From Cycas panzhihuaensis (Eukaryota > Plantae > Cycadophyta): DNA of 64,000 bases. Position numbers and translations under genes: made by a program. Numbering within the stretch: position 1 is the stretch's first letter; each line of letters begins with the position of its first letter. The DNA is taken from positions 42,353,741 to 42,417,740 of the forward strand of contig CM041465.1 in assembly GCA_023213395.1 (NCBI GenBank), in the 5' to 3' direction. The notes under the pieces were generated by a model. It searched no databases and was not told where the DNA came from. It worked only from the letters and a program-made list of their open reading frames with translations. This document shows, piece by piece, positions 36,901-50,464 of this stretch.

Positions 36901-39900
36901 TGTATAGGCACTCCATTGTAGAGAATAATAGATAAAGAGGCAAGTTGAGGAGTTGCTTAATCAATGGGTCATAAGACCTTCATGTTCACCTTGTGGGTCA
37001 CCAATTGTTTTGGTGCCTAAGAAGGATGGAGGATGGAGAATGTGTATAGACTTTCGTGCTTTGAATAAAATTACAATTAAAAATCGCTACCCTTTGCCTC
37101 ACATAGATGATTTGCTTGATTAAATTCAGCATGCTTGTTATTTTACTAAGTTGGATTTGAAAAGCGGTTATCACCAAGTTAGGGTCAAGGAGGAGGACAC
37201 ATGGAAGACGACCTTCAAAACAAAGCAAGGACTCTTTGAATGGATGGTTATGCCTTTCATATTGTATAATGCTCCTGCAACATTCATGAGGCTAATGAAT
37301 GAAATGTTAAGGCCTTACTTAGATAATTTTGTTGTTGTCTATCTTGATGATATTTTGATTTTTAACAACATATGGGAGGAACATTTGCAACATATAGAAG
37401 AAGTTTTAAAGACTATGGCTAAGCATCATTTGAAGCTTAATGTGAAGAAGTGTGAATTTCGCAAGGAGAACTTGATCTTCTTAGGCTTTGTGGTTGGAGG
37501 AGGAAAGTTGAGCATCGATCCACTCAAGACTCAAGCCATTCTCAAATGGCCTAGGCTAACAAATATCACAGAGGTGAGAAGTTTTTTGGGAGCTTGTAAA
37601 TACTTGAGAAAGTTTATTCTTCATTTCTCACAGGTTGTAGCACCTCTACATGGATTGACAAAATCTAATAAAAAGTTTACTTGGGGTTCCAAGGAGGAAG
37701 AAACTTTTCTTCTTTTAAAGAAGAAAATCTGTGAAGCACCAGTTTTGGCAATGCCAAATTTGTAAAGGCCTTTTGAAGTAGAAGCTAATGTAAGTGGAAA
37801 TGCGATGGGAGATGTCCTTATTCAATATGGGAAGCCTATTGCTTACCATTCAGAAGTCTTCACCCCTCAAGTGAAAAACTACCCAACATATGATCGAGAA
37901 ATGTTCGCACTTCATCAAGCATGCAAGCATTGGAGGTCCTACTTACTTGGAAAAGAGGTTGTAGTTCATACCGATCATAAGCCTCTTCAATTTTTATAAA
38001 CCCAAAGTAAATTATAGCAAGCAAGACACATGAAGTGGATGAGTTATTTACAACAATTCAATATTGTAATTAAGTACAAAAAGGAATCTAATAACAAAAT
38101 TGCTGATATGTTATCTAGACCACCTTGTTCCATTTCTTCTTCTACTTTTGTTTGTAGTTCTCTTATGAGTTTGTAGGTCGAGCCAATGCATCATGAAGAG
38201 TACAAAGACTTGTACCATGAAGATGAAGCTTTGAAGGAAGAATTAGAAAACCTAGCGAAAGGAAGACCTTCCCAGCTTGCTTGGAAGGAGGGTCTACTTT
38301 TCAAAGGGGAGCAGCTCTATGTTCCATAAAAAAGAGACAAGATCAAGTGGCTTAGAGAAGCCCATACTTCTAAAGTAGCTGGTCACTTTGGTATAAAGAA
38401 GACTTTAGCAAACTTAAGAAGATATGTTGTATGGCAAAAAATGCAAAATGATGTAAAAAAAATATGTAAAAGCATGTGTAATGTGTAATACTTCTAAGCC
38501 TTCTTCTAGAAAATTAGGATTGTATACACCACTTCCTATTCCCACTAGACCTTAGGAAAGCATCTCCATTGATTTCTTAGGGGGACTTCCCATGACTAGG
38601 AAGGGACATGATTATCTTTTTGTTGTTGTAGATAGGTTCAATAAAATGATATGTCTAATACCTTGTAAGAAGACAATCATAGGAACAGGAGCAGTTGAGT
38701 TATTCTTTGAGCATGTATGGAAGAATTTTGGCTTGCCTTCTTCCATCATTTCAGATCGGGACACTCGATTCATTTCATCATTTTGGAAGTCACTATGGGA
38801 GATGATGGATACCAAATTGAAGAGTAGTACAAGTTTCTATCCTCAAACAGATGGACAAACCGAAGTAGTGAACAAAACTTTGGTACATTTATTGAGGGGA
38901 TACAATTCCAAGCATCCAAAGACTTGGGATGAATCATTGGCTTTTCTACAATTTGCATTTAATAAAGCAATGCATGCATCACACTCTAAAGCACCTTTTT
39001 AAGTTTGTTTGGGATACTTGCTCCATTTGACTTAGAGTTTTCCATGCAAGCTAAGGAAGGATCTGTCAAAGAGAAGGAAGAGCATGACAAGGCTTTAAGA
39101 TACATGGAGAAGATCCAGAGAGTCCACAAAGAAATATATGATCAACTTCTAAGGACTCAACAAAAGTACAAGGAAAGACATGACAAGCATAGGCAAGAGT
39201 GTACTTTTCAAGAAGGAGATTTAGTATGGTTATACTTGAGCAAGGAGAGGTTAAAAGGAAAAGGCAAGAAACTCAAACCTATAAGGTATGGACCATTCAA
39301 GATTTTGAGAAAAGTAGGTGGCAATGCTTTCCAACTTGATCTTCCACCTTATATGTAAATATATTCAGTGGTAAATGCTGAATACTTAAAACTCTTTGAG
39401 CCCTCCATGCTAGATGAGGAACATGACCAGTTCACTTTACCTTTAGTTGATGACTTGTATTTGGAAAGTGAGGAGCCTCTCAAGGAAGATTATATCTTGG
39501 AGAGAAAATCTACCAAAGCAAGACATAAGACACATGAATCTTTCAGGATTGGAGTAGCAGGATAATTGCCTAGTAAGGCCAAGTGGTTTAGTAGGCAACA
39601 AGGAGAACAACACTTCCCCCATCTCCAATTCTAAGCCAAACAAGAGTTGGCTATTTTCCAAGGAAGGGGAGCCATGATCCAGGAGGATCTACCATATGTT
39701 TACAGGATGCAGAAAAATGTTAGGCATTGGCGTAACTAAAAGAAATATAGCCAAATGGTATCAAAATTATATGAAATTTTGTGTAAAGGAAGAAAACACA
39801 TCCCACTACATGTGTACAAAAGGTGGGGTTTAGAAAATATCATTTGATTAGAGTTCAAGCCTTGTTTTGCATAAAATTAATCCCACAACTAGCAGAAAAA

Positions 39901-40734
39901 TAACAAATACATATTATAATTAACTGAATAAAAATGTAGCCAAATGACATCTAAACGAGTTAATATTTTGAGGAAATGGAGGAGACATGCGTTCCTATAT
40001 GTGTACCAAATTTGAAATGAATTGGAGTCCGTTAAGGTCAGTTACAAGCCACAACTTTTAAGAATTACATGAAGGTCACTTGGATAGTAGAAAAACAACA
40101 AATACATATTATAATTAAATGAATAAAAATACAGTCAAGTGATATCCAAATGAGCTAAAATTTTAAGGAAGAGGAGGGGACATGCGTTCCTATATGTGTA
40201 CCAAATTTGAGCAAAATTGGAGTCCGTTAAGGTCAGTTGCAAGCTACAACTTTTAAGAATTGCATGAAGGCCACTTGGACAACATGCATTCTGATGGTTA
40301 GTGGTTATACTCGCATGATTGCCACTTGTTAAATATGCAATTTTGGTTTCTTTTTTAATTGAGCCCTATTACGGGTTGGAGAGGTAGTTCTTAGAGGTGA
40401 AAGGCACTCGACTTGGGAAGCATCCTTGGAGAAGCATTTTGGAGGGTTGGAGTCCCCCTTATGGTATAATTGTATCATTTATTCCTTGTAATTTTACTAT
40501 TCTTTTGCTAGTTGATTTCTCCACCATTAAATGGAGATTTTCATAGTTTAATAAAAGTAATACTCCTCATACTTTTTGGAGCAATGTCAAGAATAAATTA
40601 TTTGGTGTAGAATTTTCTTTTATGGGCTCATTATTATTTTGATGTTATTGAGATTTCTACACTAACTCCTAGGATCTCAAGGAGAAAAGGTTGATAATTA
40701 ACTTCTTTACTAATTAAGCTCTATTTTAGGATCA
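33991..40734 (+). mobile_element. Full-length Ty3/gypsy chromovirus (CRM-like), decayed
   Basis: LTRs at 33991-35051 and 39675-40734 (TGATC...GATCA), PBS TGGTATCAGAGC at 35057-35068, PPT AAGGAAGGGGAG near 39660, TSD AATGT/AATTT (4 of 5 match). Confidence 0.95.
35143..39634 (+). pseudogene. Gag-pol of the gypsy element (gag, PR, RT, RH, IN, chromodomain-like tail)
   Basis: CEHCDISGHIAVKC, IIDPGSQKNLISE, DLKSGYHQVRV...VYLDDILI, VHTDHKPL, IISDRDTRF...PQTDGQTEVVN, YGPFKIL. Multiple premature stops. Confidence 0.95.
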
Positions 40735-41174
40735 AATTTTATTCTTGTTAAACTTGAAATTAAACATTAGAGGATAGTGATCCGAGGCCATCCTCGGTAA
40801 GGCCTCTAACTTGAAGTCATCATAACGATTGACCTAGGCATAATTTGCCATAACCTTATCCAGTCTCACCTGGATATGGTGCTCCCCTAATCTCTTATTT
40901 GACCATGTGAATTTTTCTCCCTACAAGTCAACATCCACTAATCCTCCTCTTTGAATAAAATTGCCTGGATCCATCATACTAGGTATCCAACCCTTCTACC
41001 CCCCTTTTTTCTCCCTAGGGAAAAGAGCAGTATTGAAATCTCCTGCTACTACCCATAAACTTTACTAATTCTTATGATGTTCCAATATTTTGTCCTATAG
41101 TTCTTTTCTCCCTTCCACAGTGGTGGAGGCATAAATATTTATAACTAACTAACATTGATTATAAAAGAGGTTAA

Positions 41175-44100
41175 TGTATTAAGGTCATTTGAGTAGATTA
41201 ATTATGTGACCTTAGGATATATTGTTAGTATTAGTCTCTTAATGAAATGTACTTTATATGCATTTAGATGTAATTTTGGGTTCATGCAATTAGGCGAGAA
41301 AATCCTAACCCTAATGCTCACTTTCAATAATAAAAGACAAAATCTCAAGGAGGGAGTTATTATTCATTCTCACCTCCAAGCTTTGCTCTTATAACTTATT
41401 TCATTTCTTTTTCATTCTCTATTATTATTATGTACATGCGAGTGATTTATTCCCTAGATCCATCCTTCCTTCATATGGTATTAGAGCTAGAAGGGGATCT
41501 ATTCACTCCATTCCACTTGCATGGAGTCATTTTACATCTCCTTCACCTTTAATATGAAGTATTGAGAGTGCACTCATCATTTTTAACATTCTGAGAGCTT
41601 AAAATTATAGTACTTTATATGTTGATGCTTTATCTATGTGTGAAGAATTTTAGAGGTGAAAAATACAAGTTTTTGAAGCCATTCAGCTGCTGAAACAGTC
41701 TTAAAAGTATTAAATGCCTAAAATTTTATGAAAAAATTGACCATCTCAGATTTTGATAAAATTTGACATGTAAGGTTGACTTGACTAGAGGATCATTTTT
41801 ATCTGATAGAGAAACTTCAGATTCAGCCTGTAGCAGTGAGTTTTATATAAGATAAAAGGGTAAAATTTGTGGATAAGTGATTTAAGACACTTTTCCAATG
41901 AAATCCTTTAATTATAAGCTAAAAATCTGAAAGTTTTATTGAGAGATCTGGCAGATTTATGTCTTAGGATCATTTTAAGATAAATCTCAACAAATTTCAT
42001 CCATTGGTTAGTGAGATCTATGTAGTTTTCTTACAGATGCTGAATTTGCTTATTCAACCACACAAAGGATATTGCGAGCGTATTTCGGGCAATTTTTTAG
42101 CTGATTTTGGAGATGGTGTAGAAGGAAACGTTGATGTACATGTTAAAATGTAACTTTTGATATATTGAAGTTTAGATTCTGAGATAATGGATTTGGTAGG
42201 ATTATGCTTTTGTGCTTTTTTTGGGTAAAATTTTTTTATGCCTTTTCAGAAATCTAACCTCACTACTCGATCAAAAACAACATTCTAAATACTTTTTCCT
42301 TCTAACATAAATTTAAATTTCATCATTTAGGCCTTCATATTTGTAATTTTTAGAAAAATTTGCCCATTTATCATTATTTGTAAATTTTGTGAAAAAATCA
42401 CAAAATATGACAAAATAACATGCATCTAGATTAAGAAAAATCAATATTTTAGCAATAAGTTGATCTGCTTTTTAGCCCATTATGGATTTTGTATTGAAAT
42501 TTCTAAAAATATATTTAGAAACATTGTACTAAAGCAAGGGAAACCTTGGATTGGAAGTGACAGCTGGTTCTCTTGCTAAATCTAGCATGTTTTTTCTATT
42601 TGCACACATAGAATAAAGCATCACAAAAGCAGCAACAACAACAAAGCAATCAAGCACATTTGGCAACTTTCCATTTTAGTTTTCAGTTATTCAGAAATAA
42701 TTTATATTATTGCTAAAATAAATCTCATCCATATACTTTATACTACCAGTTCTTGACTTATGCGAACACTCACCTTGGTTGAAATAGACCACGATTGAAT
42801 AAAGTCCATGCCCTAAGGGATGTGTAAGTTTCATACTAGGTCTGATCTTAACCGAAATAGTGGTGGAGGGACAGGTTAGCCATACCTACAACCTCTAATA
42901 AGGGATAATCCTGATAACTATCGAGGAAAACTAAAAACCTTAATGCAAGATTAAAATTAACCTAGTCCAATATTCGTCATAGCCATAGGATATGCATGTA
43001 CTATTTAACTCTTCAGAAGAGGTATATAGCTGCTCACTAGTAAACTATGTGAGGACTAGGAGTACCTAGGCTCTATTGTGACTTGGATTTCATCACCAAG
43101 CGCAAGTGTGGGTATTGCGAGCGAAGGCCTTAATCATATACTATAAGCCTTAGGCATAAAAACCTCACCTACATTTGGACATAAGTTTGAGGTTAGTGGC
43201 ATGACATATTAACACTCTTTGCCAACTCTACATTAGGCCTCATTCTTGCATCATTGCTTATACTCATTTTTCATAGTTATTGAAAAATACTTAATCATTG
43301 CTTGCTTCTCATCATAGCATTCATTTCTATACCCCTACAGTGCCAGGTGTATCAGTCACACGTGTTAGTAGCACATACTTCTATCATCTCTTCTACTCCT
43401 TGATCATCACCATGTCATCTCAATTTAAGCAAAATATTAATTGCATATTGAAAGGTAAAGAAAATTGAGATTTATAGTACATTGGAGTTTAAAATGCTGC
43501 AAAGTATAAAGGCCTTTGGAGAGCCCATTTGCAGCTTATACCCATCATACCAACAACTACTACAACACCTACTTCTGGTGGATCTGCCCTAACAACTCCT
43601 ACAGATGCTACAACTAAACTACAATGGGAGATAGATGATGAAAAGATTTGTGCAAGAATTCTGTTGGTCACTGAAACGCTCTCCACGGGGCAATGATCCA
43701 ACGCCTAGCGGGAAGGACACAAAACCACAGGGCTAATAGGCTAAAGAACGAGGATCATACCTCGCGGGACGTCCGTCTTGGCCGGGCGGTGCAGGCTGCA
43801 AGGTGCTGGTTGCTTCCAGTGGCCGTGCAGGCGAGACCCTCTATCCTTCGGATGGCCGGGAAGGGAAAAGGAAACTTCGCTACTTCTCAAGGCAATGAGA
43901 AAGCGGCGAAGGGTAACCAACCAAAGCGTGTCGCAGTAAGATATGTGCAAGAGCGGCTAAAGGGGATCGGTCGAAGAATCTCGAGACACTATAGTGTGCG
44001 GTGTAGCAAAGAAAGCGCACGTAAAGCAAATGTAGAGCAAGGCAAGTACAAAATAAATAGTTATTTCTTTTCCTTTTCCTTATATTTCTCTAACTACCAA

Positions 44101-46510
44101 AGCAAGCGTAAAGAAACGTAAGAGCGAGAAAAAGGAGTATGAAGGGTGAGCGGAGAATACCTGGATCCGGCGGTTGGGCTGAGACGCAGGTGTCCGTCCA
44201 CGGTTGCGCTTCCTCCCGTCGTCCTCCTCGTATGCGACGTCGGTTGCAAGCGGTGATGGGGGATCACTTACCTCCCCGGAAGCAAATAAACACTAACTAG
44301 ACTGAAACGACAGGAAATCAAGCTCAAAGCGGCATACACAAAGGAAAAACGTGCCAAGCAAGTGTCGGCCGTGATGGGTCGACCTTATCGTCCTCGTCCC
44401 GAACGCCTCCGCAAGCAAACAAGCGGAATACCTTCCTCTCGAAAGAGAGGCTACGAGATGCCAAAAGATATATGTATATATGTTGCAAGTAAAGCGAACT
44501 AAGTTAAACAGATATGGCTAGATGCTAACATGCAATAAAAGAAGCAAAGTCACACGATAAGCATGCCAAGGTCACATACCACAAACGCACCCCAAATGGG
44601 GTTGAGTATAGCCTCGGGATGGCTAACTCACCCACGAGAGGTCTCCACAGGATGAAGGGAAACGATGCTAGCATGCGACAAAAAGATCATGGAGCAACGG
44701 GTAGCATATGCCAAGGTAAACACTCAACCGATTCTCAAAGCCTCTAGCCCTACCTCTTAAGCTAAGCGGGAAATAAAGGGGAGAGGAAAAGGGACGGAAC
44801 CCTTGGGGAGTAGGGCGGCAATGGGGGGCCGGAACCCCGCTAATCTCCCTCAAACCCTCGTGTAACCCTTTATGCCTTGGGTTTGCCCAAGAAATGGCGA
44901 AGAGAAGGATGGGAGAAGAAGGGTGAGTGGAAGAAAAGGACGGGAAACTAAGCCTATCCTCGGGTGACACTCTAATAAGCCACAAATACTATGGTTCCTT
45001 GCATCAACCTATAAGGGGAGACCAAGAAAGTGCATACATAAAAGGAAGCAAAGAGTTGCAAGTGAAATAATACAAAAAAACAAGCAAAACACCAAAGAAA
45101 TGACACCAAATACCTCAAATGATGAAGGAGTAGTGCATGTGAGCACTTGGCAACTTGAGCGGTCAAGAGATGCCTATGAAGCAATGTAGCATGTCCCTTG
45201 CAAGAGAGAGGAGTGGTGGAGCCTCATGCAAGAAAGTGAGATGGAAATGGTTCCTTGCATGGTTTTCTTGGTGCAAAATCCTCTTGGAGGCCTTCAATAT
45301 GTGTGAGGAGGAAGAGTGCTTGTATTGGAGCTCGTGAGGCGTGAATGGCCTGTATCTCCAAAGAATAAGCGACCCTTGGTGCCTCCGTCCCACAGTGTTG
45401 AAAGGTGTCTCTTGTTCTTGTTTGTTTGTCTTGTCTTTTGTGAAGAAAACTTGAGAGGAGAGTGAAGTAGAGTAGAAAATTCATTCAATAATCATCATAA
45501 TGAGGCAAATGAGTGAAAAAGCGTTTTTATGCCTTGAGTGAAGCAAGTGAGCGTTGGGGCCTCGGGCGCCTCCAGTGGTTAGAGCCACTTGGCGATTCGC
45601 GAAAAATCGCGGGCAGCATCGTCACAGTGTTTCTTTTCAAATTTTAAGCGATCGTAAATGCGGTAAACTTGGCGATCTGCTAAGTTACCTGCAGACGATG
45701 CCTGCAAACTTTGTGGTACCGCTAAGTTTGCGGCCAGATGCGACTAATTGAAAAAGAGAAAAATGCAACCTAAAAGTCATAAAAATCGACTTTTTAAGGT
45801 AAGAACAAGGCCGAGCATGAATTAAATCAATCGGGGAAGGCCAGGCGGTGGGCAAGTACTCAAAATGGTGCAAAGAGACCTAACTAAGGGTTAAACCCGG
45901 GCTTAGAAAGGGTTTGCAACATAAGCGGCCTTGTGATAACACGCATAAGCAATTTGGCAAAAGCATCCCGAAAGACCATGGAGCGTCGTGGGTGGTTGTC
46001 GCCATACGGTGTCGCATCCGCTTATGGATGCCCCCGCTGTGAGTCGTCATAGGCTCAAAGGTGCCGTTAGGCACATGCATAATGAACAAGCAATCAAACA
46101 GGTGCATATGGACAGGCACATGTCAATCAAACCATTCCCAATTACTGCAGCGATCATAAGTAAGCAAAGTAAAGGCATATACCTGCACAAACCTGTCGAT
46201 CGTCCGAGTCCATTCCGATGGCGGGAAGCGATCCGATCACTCCTTGCACAACTTGATTAACAAAGAGTAACAAGATACAACCTGGAAGGTCCTTGAAGTT
46301 CTCAAGAAGAACTTTGATACCAAGTCAGATTTAGAATTTATTCATCTTGTTCTAAAAATAAACAAATTAAAAATACAGAAGGGACGAGCTCATGAGACAA
46401 TAAATCTCCTTCCATCAATAAAACAGGTAATTGATAAAGATTTTAAGACCCAATGTATTACTTGGGCATTCTTGATCCAATCATGTCTGATCATATATAT
46501 CTTGCTTGAT
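41175..46510 (+). mobile_element. Truncated copia-like element: LTR about 41175-41473, PBS, 1.9 kb leader, gag split by an insertion
   Basis: PBS TGGTATTAGAGC at 41476-41487 follows ...CCTTCA. Gag-like peptide KGLWRAH...KLQWEIDDEKICARILL (about 43412-43670) continues as SLHNLINK...WKVLEVLKKNFDTKSDLEFIHLVLK after 46237. Confidence 0.7.
43672..46236 (-). mobile_element. GC-rich 2.56 kb insertion, probable solo LTR
   Basis: Cleanly interrupts the gag reading and is flanked by a TCAC(T) duplication (43668-43672 and 46237-46241). It begins TGAAACGC with an imperfect inverted end. There is a TATA-like site plus pyrimidine-rich tract on the minus strand near 45530-45400, and no coding domain. Confidence 0.7.
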
Positions 46511-49500
46511 TACAAACTTATACATAAGTTGTTATATAAAATTTAATAGTAATAATTAAATAAATTTTAAATATTTTTAATGAAAATTAAAAGGTCATAT
46601 CAAAGTAAATAAGCCTATTGCTTAACTCATTTATCTTCAACTCAACATCTTATAGGATGTGTAATATAATGGCACTAATAATTAAGAAACCCATAATAGG
46701 GTATTCTAGGCTATTTTTATGCCCCTACACATGGCTTAACATTCTCATGTGGGCCTATTTTGCAATTTTTCAAGCCTAAAAGAAAAAGAAACAATAAACA
46801 TTCATTAAATATTTTACAGAGTCTTATCTTCTCTACAAAAAATTAGCAGAAAGAGCAAGAAAGGAAGGGAAAGAAAAGGTGGTAAGATGTGGGAATCATA
46901 CTAGATAGACCAAGCTTAAATTAACCCCTCTATCTTCAAAATTCTACCTTTTATAATTACTCCTTGAAAGAGTAATTATTTCTAAACTATTATAATTATT
47001 CAATCTTGAAGTAAATTAAGGAGGTGTTGACCAACATCAAATCTATTTAAACTTTATTACATTTTGACATAAGCAATTTTAGTCTTAATAGCTTCATCCG
47101 AGTCAAATATTTCAACCTTTTTGGTGTATCTAATTAGTCATATAAATATAAAACCAACTTTTGAGCATTTTCTCAATTATAAGTCATTTTCTCTTTCTTA
47201 GTAATATCTCTTTGGTATATATCTAATGAACTCATTACTAAATTTAATAAATCTTATAACATATATATTTTATAAGAAAATACCCAAATAGTTGGAATTA
47301 AAACTGTCATGTCTTTATTATATTTGTTTTGAAATGTTATAACTACCTTTGTCTCCTTAAAGAACTATTTTAACTATTCAGTGATGTGCTCCACTCTATC
47401 GAAAGTATCTTGCTAAATTGGTTATATTTGAAGTGATTCCTAGAGGTTAATTTAGGTATCAATTTGACGTTTTAACTCATCTCTTTCTTGCTTGAGATTT
47501 TAAGCTTACTATTGGTTATTTTTTAACTCAAGCTACAAGACTTTTACCTTATCTTTTAGTACTTCATTAGTTGTTAAGTCTAAACCTACAATCTCTAAGG
47601 CCATCATTTCTTTTAATGATAGTTTCTTAACTTTAAAATATTTGTATTTTTGTATCTGTATAGTCTATAAGGTCAACTCCCTATCCTCATATTGATAGAT
47701 ATATCCTTCTATAGAATCTAGGCTACTTTCTAGAACTTTATAATTTTTTTAGTCCTCCTATTTTCCAACTACTCCTTAATCCAAGGTTGGTCAATAATTA
47801 ATAATTTAGATAAATCTATAATAACTATTTCTTCATCATATATAACTGTATTCCTTTTGGTTCTAGTGCTTCTCAAGTCATTGGCTTCATCACCCTATAA
47901 GATATAATATCCCATATTATTCTAGTCTAGAGAAATATTCTTATTAGCATTCATAGGGTACACTTTTATAGTGCTACTTGTAATTATTTCTCCATTGTTT
48001 ACAATATTTTATCTAACTTCTATAGGAACCTACTTCTAGATTATTTATGAATTTCCTATAATTATTTTATCTCCTCCAACACTTAAAATTAGTTTATTAA
48101 GGGTATTATGTCCCAAATCTATTATATTGCTTACATTAAAATTGTTAGGCTGTTAATCTTGTATTTCTTCAAAATTAGAAGAAACAATTTGCTAAGCTTC
48201 TTCGTTGATGTAATATAAAATTAATTCTAACTCTCTATTAATAAATATATCATCAACTAGAGAAGAGACTTCTACGTTATCATTATTCTTACTCTACAAG
48301 TCTTCAACCAAAATTTTAGTGGCTCCAATTCCTATATTGCTCATTCTTCTCTTCTCAAACTTCTAACGTTAAATCAAAGGTTCCCCATCTTATAAGATAT
48401 TTTATAATATTCCATCTCCAAAAACTAATCTAGGAATATATTTAAAAGGATCTACAATCTTCTTATCTTTTTTATGTGTCTTAGCTAATTGTTTTATCCT
48501 CTTTTTGTATTCCTTTTCTTTTTCATTTGTTCAAATAACTAGAGATGATACTACCCTACTTGAATTTTCTTCATATGAAATGCCTTATCCTAATGGAATA
48601 TCTAAAAGTTCTTTAGTTTTTTTATTTTTAAATAAATTAATTCTATTAAACTGATGATATTTTTGGACTTTCCCAAAGATTTTAAATGGGCTAACACATG
48701 ACTATCTAGATCATAATACCTTTCCTCAATGCTTAACATCATAAGCATTTAGCATTTAAAGGTCAGAGCATTTATTTTTGCCTAATGATTATATCTCTAA
48801 GGTCTAACTATAATACCACATTTCTAGTAGAGCACCTTCTTATATTTCATAAATATATTCTCCTAGATAGTATGCAATTGCCTATAAATTTTTGCAAAGC
48901 ATATCCTACATGGTGGATACTTAAATAAGAGTGATGCACATCCCTCAAAACCATTTACTTAGGTAATATAATAATTTTCTATGAGATAGAAATTTTGATA
49001 TCTTCTTCCCTCTTCTTTTGCTAACAATTTCTAATTTTTTATCTAATCCTCTTAGGATTCCTCAAAGATTTTTTAATAGCTAAAAAGAATTTACTAACTA
49101 CAGGATAAATGAAAGTATTTTTATTAGATTTTTAGACCTTTAAAAACCAAAATTAGAAGGGTAATCTTTTCTCTTTTTATTCTTGCTCAGGTTTAAATAC
49201 TAGACCAAGATCAACCATTACTAAAATTGTGAAAGTTAAATACAAGGTCATGAAAAAGCTACCTCCAATCTTGACTCCTTCAAGTTATCTAGTCATCATA
49301 TCACTAAAAAATTATTCTTATTGAAATAGCTTTCCCATAATTAATACCAAGTAAATTAAATATCTAGACATTGTGTCCATTTTCTTTTAATCCTCTTTGC
49401 TAAAAATCTTTGATATGAGGATCACTTAATATTAAATTCTTTTATTTAAGTTATGTGTTTTTATTGCCTTATTTGTATTTTACTTAGGTTTCCTAAGCAT

Positions 49501-49870
49501 ATAGCTTGAAAATTATTTCTCCTTACTTCTAATTTTTCTTGACTACTTCTTTAAAAGATTTTCTATTATATCTTAAATTAGTTAGGAGGGGTTTAAAGAT
49601 ATGTCATAAGCCTTTAGAGCTTAAGTTAAATAATATTTCCTTCTTCTATGAGTAGATAATCCTAACATTTGCATTAAATTTTTTAACATATAAAAGAACC
49701 AAATCATGGTAATCACACACTTTAAGCATAGAGGCCATTTAAAAATGACTAGACTTCTATAAATTAGTTTTTTCTTTTCTCTTACATTCATAAAATCTTT
49801 CCTTGTCGACTTATGGGTATTAAGCAAACCTAGTTCTAAATAATTAAAACCAACCACCAAGATCTATATA

Positions 49871-50464
49871 TTTTGCAACAAGAATAATATTTGAAGTTGT
49901 AACTAAGTGCAAATACATAAACTAGAGATCATTCAACATACAGACGAAAGCATATATATTACCAAGTACACAAGATATAACATGGTAAAACCCTAGCAGA
50001 GTGCTAGGGAAATATCCACACAAGAATGGTATAAATCTCTGTTAATTAAGAATGAAAGTTTTGTACATGCAGTCACTGTAGAATTCTCACAATAGTAATA
50101 ACCAATATCCACCTACTCACAATGTGATGTAATGCAATACAATATGATATAATTACCCTAAATCAAGTTACATAAGAAGGTACATCAATCATAACCATTA
50201 GATCTAGGTCTTTTTGACAAACGACTTAGATTCTCTTTAAAAATTTAGTAGGTTTTGAATCCTAACCTTTTGCTTCAGGGGCACTACCCCCAAACCCCTA
50301 TTAGAGGGGGCTCCATATCTGTCTCCACCCCCCCTGAACCCCCAACGAAACTAGTGGGGTAGCAAGCCCCCCACAACCTCCCAAGAAAAGTTGGTGGGGC
50401 AAAATCACACTGAAATAGGTCCAAAATTTTAGCCTCCTTATACATTATTGTCACATACCCAACA
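49871..50464 (-). mobile_element. Probable solo LTR remnant
   Basis: Ends CCCAACA at 50464. Contains AGATATAACATGGTAAAACC, similar to AGATTTATACGTGGAAAACC in the 419 bp LTRs, and G/C hairpins. Left end and TSD are unresolved. Confidence 0.4.

Larger units (their letters stand above)
30194..41174 (-). mobile_element. L1-clade LINE copy 1 (decayed ORF2), split by a gypsy insertion at 33991-40734 and 5'-truncated
   Basis: T-rich tail near 30194-30205. RNase H-like (HMYREGNGATHRLAN), zf-RVT (RCILCYEDEESVDHILLHR) and RT (YKILAKVLVNR, DLSKAYDRV, HHQFIDDNIL) motifs are present. The endonuclease remnant (FTWSNKRLGEHHIQVRLDK) resumes at 40735-41170. Confidence 0.93.

Noticed and set aside
42788-42866. 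CTGAT...GAAA flanked by a stem, hammerhead-like
   Set aside because: The core reads CTGATCT rather than CTGANGA, and stems I and II cannot form.
43693-44121. 142 aa ORF in the GC-rich insert
   Set aside because: No recognisable homology; such ORFs are expected by chance in GC-rich LTR sequence.
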